Assembly (NCBI GenBank): GCA_965261545.1
Contig: CBDHDF010000004.1
Coordinates: forward strand, 64,001-128,000
Length of the DNA stretch: 64,000 nt
Reading direction: 5' to 3'
Origin: Bdellovibrionales bacterium
GTDB lineage: Bacteria > Bdellovibrionota > Bdellovibrionia > Bdellovibrionales > UBA1609
The translations under genes were made by a program, and so were the position numbers. This document shows, in pieces, positions 41,772-51,900 of this stretch (the first letter of the stretch is position 1; the number at the start of each line of letters is the position of its first letter). Below the pieces are notes generated by a model. That model was not told the origin of the DNA, searched no databases, and saw nothing but the letters and a program-made list of their open reading frames with translations.

Positions 41772-42553
41772 TGAATCACGAAGAACTTATAGGTTCTCTT
41801 AAAAAACTCCGACTTCCAGCGATGGCGGATGAATATGTTGCAACGGCTAGAGTTGCCGAAAAAACAAAAAAGACGTATGAACAGTATTTAGGTATACTCG
41901 TTCAAAATGAGCTTGCTGACAAGCATTCCCAGAGAGTGAAAAGATTGCTTAAGGGGGCCAAGCTTCCTCAACTTAAATCACTCCAAACTTATAACTTCCA
42001 GAAAAGAACGGGAGTGACAGCTCAGCAAATTAATTGGATGGCAGAGGGAGAGTGGGTCAGAAAAGCCTGTAATGTTGTGTTTTACGGAAGCTTTGGAATG
42101 GGGAAAAGTCATTTGGCCATGTCCCTAGTTCGTTCACTCTGTGAACAAGGCTATCGATGTTTATGGGTCACCACTCATGAACTTATTGAAACAATGCGTG
42201 AAAGCAAGAAAGAACTCTCATTGAATGCTCTTTTTAAGAAATTAGACCGTTTTGATCTTATTGCTTGTGATGAACTTGGCTATACAGCTTCCTGCACAGA
42301 GGGGGCAGATCTTTTCTTTCAATTCATATCTCAGCGATATGAAAGGAAAAGTCTCATGATCACTACAAACTTAACATACTCTGAATGGGATAAGGTGTTT
42401 CTTAACCCTATTACCACCGCTGCTGCTGTTGATCGAATCATTCACAACTGTGAAACCCTCAACATTGAAGGAAAAGAAAGTTGGAGAACCGAATCGGCAA
42501 AAGCCAAGTCTAAACAGAGCAAAGAGGAAAGTTCAACCAAAGAAGTTCATTAG
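41771..42553 (+). CDS. istB: IS21 helper ATPase IstB
   Basis: Same protein as copy 1. Confidence 0.95.
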   Translation: MNHEELIGSLKKLRLPAMADEYVATARVAEKTKKTYEQYLGILVQNELADKHSQRVKRLLKGAKLPQLKSLQTYNFQKRTGVTAQQINWMAEGEWVRKACNVVFYGSFGMGKSHLAMSLVRSLCEQGYRCLWVTTHELIETMRESKKELSLNALFKKLDRFDLIACDELGYTASCTEGADLFFQFISQRYERKSLMITTNLTYSEWDKVFLNPITTAAAVDRIIHNCETLNIEGKESWRTESAKAKSKQSKEESSTKEVH

Positions 42554-42580
42554 AGATCCCCACTTTTGGGGAAGGAACTC

Positions 42581-42678
42581 GCCAGTTATCCACAAAATTT
42601 ATCCACAGCAGCACTGCGTTGCTAGACATCGGGGTCACAGCCGCAGTGTCGCCATGGATAAATTTATGGATAACTGGC
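42581..42678. repeat. DnaA-box palindrome in IS21 copy 2
   Basis: Same sequence as 15167..15264. Confidence 0.85.
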
Positions 42679-43892
42679 TTTTACCGTACTATTTGCTCGT
42701 CACTCTCGCGGAGCTTTAGACATTAGCTGCGCCAAGGAATCCTGAAAAATACTCCATTTACCTCTGCCATAGGGCTGAAGGATGCATTTGGGGTCATGCC
42801 AAAAGTGGTGGGCAGAAAATCATTCCTCAGAATCTTGTGGCATAGTCCGAGTTAAATGATGAGCAAAATAAAGACACTTGACTAAACTCTGAACGAAGAA
42901 TAACTAAATCAGTACATCATCAACTGGCCGTTTTTCATTGGCGACGGCTTCTAAAAATGGCCAATTTTAATTGGCGCCTAACACCCAGTTAGGTACAATG
43001 AATCGCCTTATATTTACAGTAACAGCAATCCCACCAATTTTATAGATCTCACGGGGGGGCAGCCGACAGAAACTACCCTTTGGCTTGGTGATAATTCTCA
43101 CTCAACTCTGAGCAAATGGGTAACGCGTTATAATGATGAATACTCTCTTTATTCAGATATAAAGGTTTTGCACGCAGGCCTTGTACGGGATAATCCGTTA
43201 GAACTGGGTTTGGTTGACCATCCCCCCCTGAAATCAGTTATGGTCAGCCTTCATGGCAATTCACTTGGAATAATGGCAAATAAGGAGAAAATGATAACGC
43301 CAGAGTGGTTCCTTCGTCATTTGTCAGCTCGTATCAATGAAATAGATCCAATGGGAGGAAGCGAGGTAAAGAGCATTTCTTTGCTTTCGTGTAATGCAGA
43401 TTGTGGGCGGCTTGATATGGGCGGCTTTAGCGTTGTAAGCCGTTTCATGCTGGAAAATGCAAGAAGAGCCAGTTTTCCAAGTTTGGATCATGTTACGAGT
43501 AGCCCCTTCGTATTTGCTTTTTCTGAACATGATGAGGGGCCTAATGGGCTAGCCATAATCTTTACGTTGGCGAAAGAGTATGGTCCAAGTTATATGTATG
43601 CGAAAGAGCGTACTCCAAGTTATATGTATACGGATAAAATACGAGCTAGGTTAAATGCGACTAGATTCTTGCAAGGTGAGGGACGCGGAGCAATAAAGAG
43701 CCGGGAGCGTGTCATTAGAAATTATCATAGAAGTTCTGCTGATGATGGTTATGAGCTGGATCCTTATATGAGAAATTTCGTCCCGGAGGAGTTCTATGGC
43801 TCACCTGCATCTCTGCCCCTGCTAAGAGAAACTTCCTTTTAACGAATAGGGGGCCGAAGCCTCGTTCACTGACGCATCTACCACCAGGATCT

Positions 43893-44479
43893 CCCGAGTT
43901 TGACAGCAGCACCCGCGTCAATCTCGCCAGATCAAAATTAGAGGTAATAGAGGGGTAAAATCAGTATTTTTGAAAACCGTGTAGTGAACTATTATTCTGG
44001 TAAGTGGAAAAAAGGCCGCTCATATCATAAGGACTCCCGACTTGGTAGGTACTGAAGTAGCCTTGGAGGTGTCGCTACTCCCACCACGGCCTTGAATAAA
44101 GCATGGGCGTTGCCTTTGATCTCTGTACGAATCCAGACCTCTCGATCACCGACCTGTACAGGTACTGCCTCAACCTTAAGTAAATCTTGCATGGCTTCAG
44201 CGACAGTGAGAGGGCGAGTCTTAATATCCCCACTTTCTACTGCTGAACTTTTTAGAGTAGCGTACCCTTGTGGGGTTTTAACCTTTCTAATGTACATATC
44301 TACATTAACTACAAAATAAAGAGAAAAATCAATAAAAATGTCTCATGTCATATATATAGAATATTGAATCACTTTAAAACTCCACTATATTATTTTCTGT
44401 AAAAGAGCTAATTTCGGGCTGAAATGTCGATAGGTTTGAGTAGAGCACTTTTGACACATATGCTGCTGTCAAACTCGGG
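43893..44479 (-). mobile_element. Non-autonomous IS1634-family deletion derivative (MITE-like, 587 bp)
   Basis: Ends CCCGAGTTTGACAGCAGCA (19 bp shared with the outer IS1634 TIR); 17-bp DR ATCTACCACCAGGATCT (43876..43892 / 44480..44496). Confidence 0.9.
44025..44297 (-). CDS. 90-aa mini-ORF: IS1634 transposase N-terminus fused in frame to its C-terminal domain
   Basis: MYIRKVKTPQGY resembles MYIQTTKNSKGQ; LKSSAVESGDIKTRPLTVAEAM..WIRTEIKGNAHALFKA..PPRLL resembles LKSPAIGIGHVKERPLTVVEAM..WTRTDITGNANSLFKA..PPRIL of the outer IS. Confidence 0.7.
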   Translation of the reverse strand: MYIRKVKTPQGYATLKSSAVESGDIKTRPLTVAEAMQDLLKVEAVPVQVGDREVWIRTEIKGNAHALFKAVVGVATPPRLLQYLPSRESL

Positions 44480-44723
44480 ATCTACCACCAGGATCTACGG
44501 ACTTCAGGGCGACCAAGCCAGCCATCAAAAGAATCAAGGCTTGATGAATGCCATTGGAGGGAGTTATAGTCCTAATGATGATTTACTATATTGTCCCGTG
44601 CAAAATAGGTCACTGGTTGCCTCCTCAGGGCTCTAAGAGCACCTGAGGGGAGAAAATCTCCAGCTCTGCTCTCGCAAAGAGAGAAATGCGAGTGGGTGCC
44701 AAGATAGAAAGGGTTATTTGCTC

Positions 44724-46130
44724 ATGTCCTCATTCTCAGCAAAACCTCTAAGAACTCTCAAGCCTCTTAGTGATCTGGCCACGCTGATCTCCCTTTGTAA
44801 GCGTAGGGGGTTTATATTTCAGAGCAGTGAGATTTACGGTGGACTCAACTCATGCTGGGATTATGGACCTTTGGGGGCCACCTACAAGCTCAATGTAAAG
44901 CTCGCTTGGTGGAAGAGCATGGTTCGCCGCTTGGATGTCGTGGGTTTGGATGCCTCCATTTTGATGCATCCCCAAGTTTGGAAAGCCTCGGGCCATGTTG
45001 ACACTTTCACAGACCCCCTGGTTGATTGCCGAAAATGTAAGAGTCGCTTTCGCCTCGACGAAGCACATGCATCTCATGCATATGAAGCGCATACACATGA
45101 GGCACATGCCCAGACAGATCATGCCAACCCTGTCACCTGTCCCCATTGTCAGTCCACGGATGTGACAGAGCCTCGCCATTTTAATTTGATGTTTAAGACT
45201 TTTATGGGGCCTGTGGAAGACGAAGGAGCCGTGATCTATATGAGACCTGAAACGGCCCAAGGCATTTTTGTCAACTTTAATAACGTACAGACTTCCACAC
45301 GCAAAAAAATTCCCTTTGGTATTGCCCAGATAGGTAAGTCCTTTAGAAATGAAATCACTCCGGGAAATTTTACCTTTAGAACCCGTGAATTTGAACAAAT
45401 GGAAATGCAATATTTTGTCAAACCGGGGTCTGATGAAGAGTGGTTTGAAAAATGGAAAAAGATTCGATGGGACTTTTATAAAGACATGGGCTTTTGTGAA
45501 GATAAGCTACGCTTTCACGCCCATAGTGATAGAGATTTGGCTCATTATGCCAAAAAAGCTTTCGACATTGAGTACAAATTTCCCTTTGGTTGGAATGAAA
45601 TTGAGGGAATTCACAATCGCAGTGATTTTGATTTAAGCCAGCACCAAAAAGTCAGTGGAAAAAAACTAAAGTACTTTGACGAAGCCAGCAAAGAGAAATA
45701 TATCCCCTACGTCATTGAAACAGCCGCAGGCTGTGATCGCTTGGCCTTGGCACTTCTCTGTGATGCCTATGGTGAGGAGATTTTGGAGGGGGAAAAGGGG
45801 GGGCGCATCGTCCTCAAGCTTAAACCTTCTTTAGCTCCTTACAAGGTGGCCATTTTGCCCCTTTCTAAGAAAGAGCCACTTAAGGAGTTGGGGCACCAAC
45901 TCTTTGAGGAACTCTCGCTTCATTGGGAAGTAGACTACGACGAGACGGGGAGTATTGGCAAGCGTTACCGGAGACAGGACGAAATTGGCACCCCCTTTTG
46001 CGTGACCATCGACTTCGATTCCATGGACGACAAACAGGTCACTGTGCGAGAAAGAGACAGCATGAATCAAGAGCGTATTGGCATATCCCACCTCAAGTCT
46101 TACTTATTGGATCAAGGCTTAGTGAAGTGA
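44724..46130 (+). CDS. glyQS: Glycine--tRNA ligase (alpha2 type)
   Basis: [52 protein letters not shown]. Confidence 0.96.
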   Translation: MSSFSAKPLRTLKPLSDLATLISLCKRRGFIFQSSEIYGGLNSCWDYGPLGATYKLNVKLAWWKSMVRRLDVVGLDASILMHPQVWKASGHVDTFTDPLVDCRKCKSRFRLDEAHASHAYEAHTHEAHAQTDHANPVTCPHCQSTDVTEPRHFNLMFKTFMGPVEDEGAVIYMRPETAQGIFVNFNNVQTSTRKKIPFGIAQIGKSFRNEITPGNFTFRTREFEQMEMQYFVKPGSDEEWFEKWKKIRWDFYKDMGFCEDKLRFHAHSDRDLAHYAKKAFDIEYKFPFGWNEIEGIHNRSDFDLSQHQKVSGKKLKYFDEASKEKYIPYVIETAAGCDRLALALLCDAYGEEILEGEKGGRIVLKLKPSLAPYKVAILPLSKKEPLKELGHQLFEELSLHWEVDYDETGSIGKRYRRQDEIGTPFCVTIDFDSMDDKQVTVRERDSMNQERIGISHLKSYLLDQGLVK

Positions 46131-46142
46131 ACAGGAGACAAA

Positions 46143-48956
46143 GTGGAAAAATTCAATCAAACTTCTGATAGAGTGCCTACTGCTAATACTAATGCTAATG
46201 TGAGCAAAAAACTTGTCTATTTTTTCTCGCCCCAAAAGACAGAGGGGAACTCCAAGATGAAAGATATTCTTGGAGGCAAGGGAGCCAATCTTGCGGAAAT
46301 GACCTCCTTGGGTTTACCCGTCCCTCCAGGCTTTACTATTTCCACAGAGGTGTGTCGGTTATTTAATGACCAGGACCAACAATGGCTAGAGGTTATTAAG
46401 GACCAAGTCGCCAATGCTCTGAAAAAAGTAGAGACGACGATGGGCAAAAAATTTGGGGACCCATCCAACCCACTTCTCGTGAGCGTGCGATCGGGAGCAA
46501 GGGTTTCCATGCCAGGCATGATGGACACCATTTTAAACCTAGGTCTCAATGATGAGACCGTGGAGGGGTTGGCAAAACTATCGGGGGATTTGAGGTTTGC
46601 CTGGGATTCCTACAGAAGATTTTTGCAGATGTATTCAAATGTCGTCCTAGATGTGAACTCATCTATTTTAAATGTCTTCATCGAAGATATCAAAGATGAA
46701 AAAGGCTATAAAAACGACACAGAAATGCAAGTGGAGGATTTAAAGTTTTTGGTGGCCAAATTCAAAAAGCAAATTTTTGAGGAAATGGGAGTGGTTTTTC
46801 CCGTGGACCCCATGGACCAGCTTTGGAGAGCTATTGCCGCTGTCTTTAGAAGTTGGAATACTCCTCGGGCCCAAGCTTATAGGCAGCTTCATAGTATACC
46901 CAATGATTGGGGCACAGCGGTCAATGTGCAATCCATGGTTTTTGGCAATATGAGCCAGGACTCTGCCACTGGAGTCATGTTCACAAGAAACCCCTCTACG
47001 GGAGAAAAAAGACTTTACGGGGAGTTTCTTCTCAATGCCCAAGGAGAGGATGTGGTGGCTGGTATTCGCACCCCTCTTCCCATTATTCCCATGAGAGCCA
47101 GTGGGGAATATCCAGTAGATTCAAATTCTTCCATGTCCATGGAAGTCCTCATGCCCCAGCCCTACTTGCAACTTGTAGAAATTTATCAAACACTTGAAAA
47201 ACACTATCGAGATATGCAGGACATTGAATTCACCATTGAAAAGGGGCATCTATGGATTCTCCAAACCCGAAGTGGCCAACGCACAGCTCAAGCAGCTGTG
47301 TGTATTGCTGTGGATATGGTGAAAGAGGGCCTCATTAGCGAAAAGGAGGCCCTACTTCGTGTGGACCCCCAAAGCTTAGACCAGCTGCTTCACCCTCGCC
47401 TGGACCCTAGGGCCGATAAAACCCTGTTGGCAGAGGGCCTACCAGCAAGTCCTGGAGGAGTGGGAGGTTGTGTGGTTTTTTCTAGCCAAGAGGCTGTGGC
47501 GTGGAACCGTGAAGGTAAAAAGGTTATTTTAGTGAGAGAGGAGACATCGCCAGAAGATATTGAGGGCATGGCTTCCTCCGAGGGTATTCTTACATCGAGG
47601 GGAGGAATGACATCCCATGCGGCTGTGGTGGCCCGAGGCATGGGAAAGTGCTGTATTGTGGGTTGTTCTGATGTCAAAGTCGATTGTCTTAAAAAACAGG
47701 TTCATATTGGTTCCCACAACCTTCAGGAGGGGGATTGGATCACTCTCGATGGTTCCACGGGCAAGGTTTTTTTAGGCCAAGTGAAAACCACTCAACCGCA
47801 TCTTGATAGTAATTTTGAGCTTCTTATGAAGTGGGCGGATCAACAGCGATCTATGAAGGTGCGCACCAACGCCGAAACCCCCCAAGACGCTCAAGTGGCT
47901 CGGGATTTTGGAGCCGAAGGCATTGGCCTTTGCCGAACGGAGCATATGTTTTTTGGTGCCAACCGAATTGATCGCATACGGGAAATGATCATTGCCGATC
48001 ATTCTGATGAACGGGAAAAAGCACTTGCTCAACTTCTGCCTATTCAACGCCAAGACTTTTATGAGATCTTTAAGGTCATGGAGGGACTCCCCGTAAATAT
48101 ACGCTTGCTGGATCCTCCACTGCATGAATTCTTGCCCCATACTCAAGAAGAAACCAACAAATTGGCTAGCTCCCTGGGAAGAAGTGGGGAGCAACTGTGG
48201 CGTAAAATTCAATCCATTCGTGAAATAAACCCCATGTTGGGGCACAGGGGATGTCGCTTGGCAATCACCTACCCTGAAATATATAAGATGCAATGTCGAG
48301 CCATTGCTGAAGCCGTCGCTCAACTCACCTTGGAGGGTAAAACTTTTGTTCCCGAAATTATGGTACCCCTTGTAGGTACAAAGGGAGAACTTGAAAGGCT
48401 TAGAAAAGACATTATCGAAGTTGTAGAGGCCGTGCAATTAGAAACAAAAACCTCCTTTAACTACTTAGTAGGAACCATGATTGAACTCCCCCGCGCAGCT
48501 CTTACGGCGGACCAGCTTGCCGAAGAAGCTGACTTTTTTAGTTTTGGCACCAATGATCTCACACAGACCTGCTTGGGAATTTCCAGAGATGATGCCGGAC
48601 GTTTTCTTGCCACATATATCTCAGAGAACTTGTTTCCCAGTGACCCCTTTGCCAGTATTGATGTGGAGGGAGTGGGTGAGTTGGTTCGCAGGGCCATCCA
48701 GTTGGGTCGTCAAACTCGACCTCATATCAAGCTGGGGATATGTGGTGAGCATGGGGGGGATCCAAAGAGCATTCGTTTTTTTCAAGAAATGGGATTAGAC
48801 TATATCAGCTGCTCGCCCTTTCGGATTCCCATTGCAAAATTGGCTGCGGCCCAATCCGCCATTGAAGCTCGACCAAGCATTAAAACCCAGACAGGTATTG
48901 AAACTCAATCAAGCATTAAGCCCCAAACAGATATTGAAAAGGAAATCAAACATTGA
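46143..48956 (+). CDS. ppdK: Pyruvate, phosphate dikinase
   Basis: LGGKGANLAEM, SVRSGARVSMPGMMDT, GGMTSHAAVVARG, GIGLCRTEHMF, SFGTNDLTQ. Confidence 0.97.
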   Translation: MEKFNQTSDRVPTANTNANVSKKLVYFFSPQKTEGNSKMKDILGGKGANLAEMTSLGLPVPPGFTISTEVCRLFNDQDQQWLEVIKDQVANALKKVETTMGKKFGDPSNPLLVSVRSGARVSMPGMMDTILNLGLNDETVEGLAKLSGDLRFAWDSYRRFLQMYSNVVLDVNSSILNVFIEDIKDEKGYKNDTEMQVEDLKFLVAKFKKQIFEEMGVVFPVDPMDQLWRAIAAVFRSWNTPRAQAYRQLHSIPNDWGTAVNVQSMVFGNMSQDSATGVMFTRNPSTGEKRLYGEFLLNAQGEDVVAGIRTPLPIIPMRASGEYPVDSNSSMSMEVLMPQPYLQLVEIYQTLEKHYRDMQDIEFTIEKGHLWILQTRSGQRTAQAAVCIAVDMVKEGLISEKEALLRVDPQSLDQLLHPRLDPRADKTLLAEGLPASPGGVGGCVVFSSQEAVAWNREGKKVILVREETSPEDIEGMASSEGILTSRGGMTSHAAVVARGMGKCCIVGCSDVKVDCLKKQVHIGSHNLQEGDWITLDGSTGKVFLGQVKTTQPHLDSNFELLMKWADQQRSMKVRTNAETPQDAQVARDFGAEGIGLCRTEHMFFGANRIDRIREMIIADHSDEREKALAQLLPIQRQDFYEIFKVMEGLPVNIRLLDPPLHEFLPHTQEETNKLASSLGRSGEQLWRKIQSIREINPMLGHRGCRLAITYPEIYKMQCRAIAEAVAQLTLEGKTFVPEIMVPLVGTKGELERLRKDIIEVVEAVQLETKTSFNYLVGTMIELPRAALTADQLAEEADFFSFGTNDLTQTCLGISRDDAGRFLATYISENLFPSDPFASIDVEGVGELVRRAIQLGRQTRPHIKLGICGEHGGDPKSIRFFQEMGLDYISCSPFRIPIAKLAAAQSAIEARPSIKTQTGIETQSSIKPQTDIEKEIKH

Positions 48957-51900
48957 GAATCAGAAAACTCGACATTGTAGGATTTAAATCATTTAAAGAT
49001 CGCACCGTGATTCATTTTGACAAGGGAATCACAGGGGTTGTGGGGCCAAACGGTTGTGGCAAGTCCAATATTGTCGACGCACTCATCTGGGTGATGGGAG
49101 AAATGTCCGCCAAGCACTTGCGAGGTTCTTCCATGTCTGATGTCATTTTTGCGGGAGCTGAGGGTTATGCTCCCCTAGGAATGGCAGAGGTTTCCCTCAC
49201 CTTAGAAAACGATGGAGGACCTTTTCCATCCAAATACTTTCGTCACAGTGAAGTTATGGTAACAAGACGTCTGCACCGTTCGGGGGAGACCGAGTATCTC
49301 ATCAATAAAGAACCCGCTCGCCTTCGCGATATCCAAGAAATTTTTATGGATACAGGGGCTGGCTCCAAGGGCTTTTCTATTATTGAGCAAGGACGCATCA
49401 ATGATATGATCACGGCAAAACCAGAACAGCGTCGAGTTCTCATTGAAGAAGTGGCGGGGATTACAAAATTTAAAGTTCGCAAAAATGAATCTCAAAGAAA
49501 GCTGGCTTCCACCGATCAAAATCTTGTTCGTCTGCAAGATATTATCAACGAACAAAAAAGGCAACTTGATAGTTTGCAGCGGCAAGCTCAAAGGGCTGAG
49601 CGCTACAAGAATCTGCGAAAAGATATTCAAGATAAAGATATGTGGCTGACTTCCAAAAAATACCTAAAAATTGCTGAGGAAGAGAAAACTGCTAAAGAAT
49701 CTTTAGAAGATATTCGAGACAAGGAGGCTTCTTCAACCATGGGGTTGGAACAAAGGCAAATGGAGTTAGAAGAACTCAAACTCAAGGTGACTGAAAAAGA
49801 GTCCCAACTCCAGGATTTACAAAATATCTATAAGAAACAAGTGGATGTGATAAGAGCTAAAGAGAATATGATTCGTGAAAGAAAGTTTCAAATCGAACAA
49901 GCCCATCGTGACAAACAAATGGCAAGTTCTGTTTTAGAACAATATGAAACACGAAAAAAAGTACTTTTGGAAGGCGAAGAGCAGTTAAGCAACAAGGACG
50001 TCATTGTTCGCTCTGAGTCTGAAACACTCACCACTGAGTTTGAAGAAAAGAATACTCAATACCAAGAATCCCACAAACATATTCAACAACTTGATGAAGA
50101 ACTCACGGAAGGACGCCGTGAAATGCTTGCTGTGAGTTCAGCTCTGTCTCACCTTGAAGCTAAAAAATCAGCTCTTGTTGTTCAATTAGAGCAAGTTGAA
50201 CAACAATGGACCTCCGCCGGTGAAGTGGCGGGCGAGCTAAAAATCAAGGAAAAAGAGTTTGTTCGCCATCATAAGAAGGTCTTTGACCAGCTAGAGGGGC
50301 AAAGGCAACTTCAACTCAGCATTATGAAGGATGTTGAAAATTTTGAAGAAAATGCTCGTTCTATATTGAGGCAAATAGAGGTAAAAAGAGAGGAAACTCA
50401 GGGATTTAAAGATCAACTTAATGAAATCACCAGCCGGCTTTATGGACTTGAAAACCTTCAAGACAATTTTGAAGGTTTTGAAAAGGGTGTTAAAAATATC
50501 ATGCTTTGGCAAAAACAAAAAACAGATTCCAGCTTCTTTCGCCCTGTTTCTGAGATTGTCGAAGTTCCTCAAGAGTATGAGCCTGTTATGGAGGCGGCAC
50601 TTGGTCAACAGCTTCAAGTTTTATTGAGCGAAGACAAGGAGAGTTCCCTTGAAGCCATTGATTATTTGAAAAGTCAACAGGCAGGTCGTTCGAGTTTTTT
50701 ATACAAAAACAAGTATTCCTCAGAGCCTAGAATAACTTCAGAGCCTGGAATAACCTCAGAACCTGGAGTCAAGGCTATCTTATCAGACATAGCCGTAGCT
50801 CCACCTTCCTACCAAAAACAGGTGGCTTGTTTAACTTCAGGTGTGGTGGTGGTGGATTCCCTTTCCACAGCCCTGTCTTTATCTCTACGCTACCAGGGAA
50901 AAACATTTGTCACTATGGATGGAGACACTCTCTCTGAAAATGGCATCTTAACTGGTGGGGGACATAGAGACGTGGAGTCAGGTCTTTTAAAGCGTCGCCG
51001 TGAAATTAAAGAACTTTCTATGAGAAGGGATGAAGTTGCAGGTAAATTGGCACTTGTGCAGGCCATTCTCAAAAAACTTGAAGCCCAAGAGGCTCAAGTT
51101 CAGGAAGAACTTGAAAGGGCACAGAAAACTCACAATACCCAAGAAATTCAAGTCATAGGTTTTACAAAGGATCTTGAAAGAGCTGAAACCGAAGTCGACA
51201 ATGTGAAAGAAGCTTTGAGAAAGCAAGATAAAGTCATTGATGATTTTCAGAGACAAGTTGTTGGTTATCAAGAAAAAAATCGAGAGATTTCTGAGGAGGT
51301 TACAGTAGCTTCCGACAAAAAAAATGAGTTAGAAGAAAGAGTGGAAGGACTGAGCCAAGAACTTAATGAGGCTCGAAGTGGAATAGCTTCTTTGCAAACA
51401 GAGGTGACAGAGCTTCAAGTAAGGTCAGCCTCTAAAAAACAAGAACTTCACGGTTTGGAGCACCAACAGAAAATGGTGAAAACTTCTTTGGAAGAAGTTC
51501 AATCTCAGTTAGAAAAGATCTCAGAAGAGTCTAACAAAAGTACAGAGTCTCTCTCTATTCACCAAATTGAGGTGGAAAAGTCTCAAGTTGAGTTGGAGCG
51601 CCTCGTTTACGAGAGTCAAGAGGCTGAAAAAGTTTTGTCTTTAAACCAAGGTGAGTATGAACAGATGGACCACCAGATGTCTGAGTTGAATGAACAAGTT
51701 TCAGAAACAATTCGCCTCACCAGTGAATATAAGAACCAGGTCAACGAAGCTCAACTCAAGTTAGAGCAACTGCGCATGAAGGGCCAGTATTTGGTGGATC
51801 AGATTTGCGAAAGATATATGATTGACCTTCAAGAAAACTATAAGAAGTACCTCGATGCGGAGGCTGAAGAATCCAGAACAATTGAGACAACAGAAAACGA

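Larger units (their letters stand above)
39738..42983 (+). mobile_element. IS21-family insertion sequence, copy 2 (3246 bp)
   Basis: Near-identical to 12324..15569 (four substitutions noticed by eye); 5-bp DR CCCAG (39733..39737 / 42984..42988). Confidence 0.95.
37863..43842 (+). pseudogene. Signal peptide + RHS-core + C-terminal toxin-like protein, interrupted by IS4 and IS21 (reconstructs to 433 aa)
   Basis: Segments 37863..38157 + 39585..39737 + 42989..43842 join in frame: YLLVDHQRSTRVV..FDYTPYGE..YRYTGQ..REYAPNILRFTSVDP|VRYNESPYIYSNSNPTNFIDLTG.. Confidence 0.88.

Noticed and set aside
44630..44670. Glycine riboswitch or T-box upstream of glyQS
   Set aside because: Conserved GGAGA/CCGAAG/CTCTCAGG and T-box motifs are not properly present.
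47772..48437. Long antisense ORFs (221 aa opposite ppdK, 186 aa opposite glyQS, 174 aa opposite phoD and others)
   Set aside because: Shadow ORFs fully overlapping well-supported genes on the other strand.
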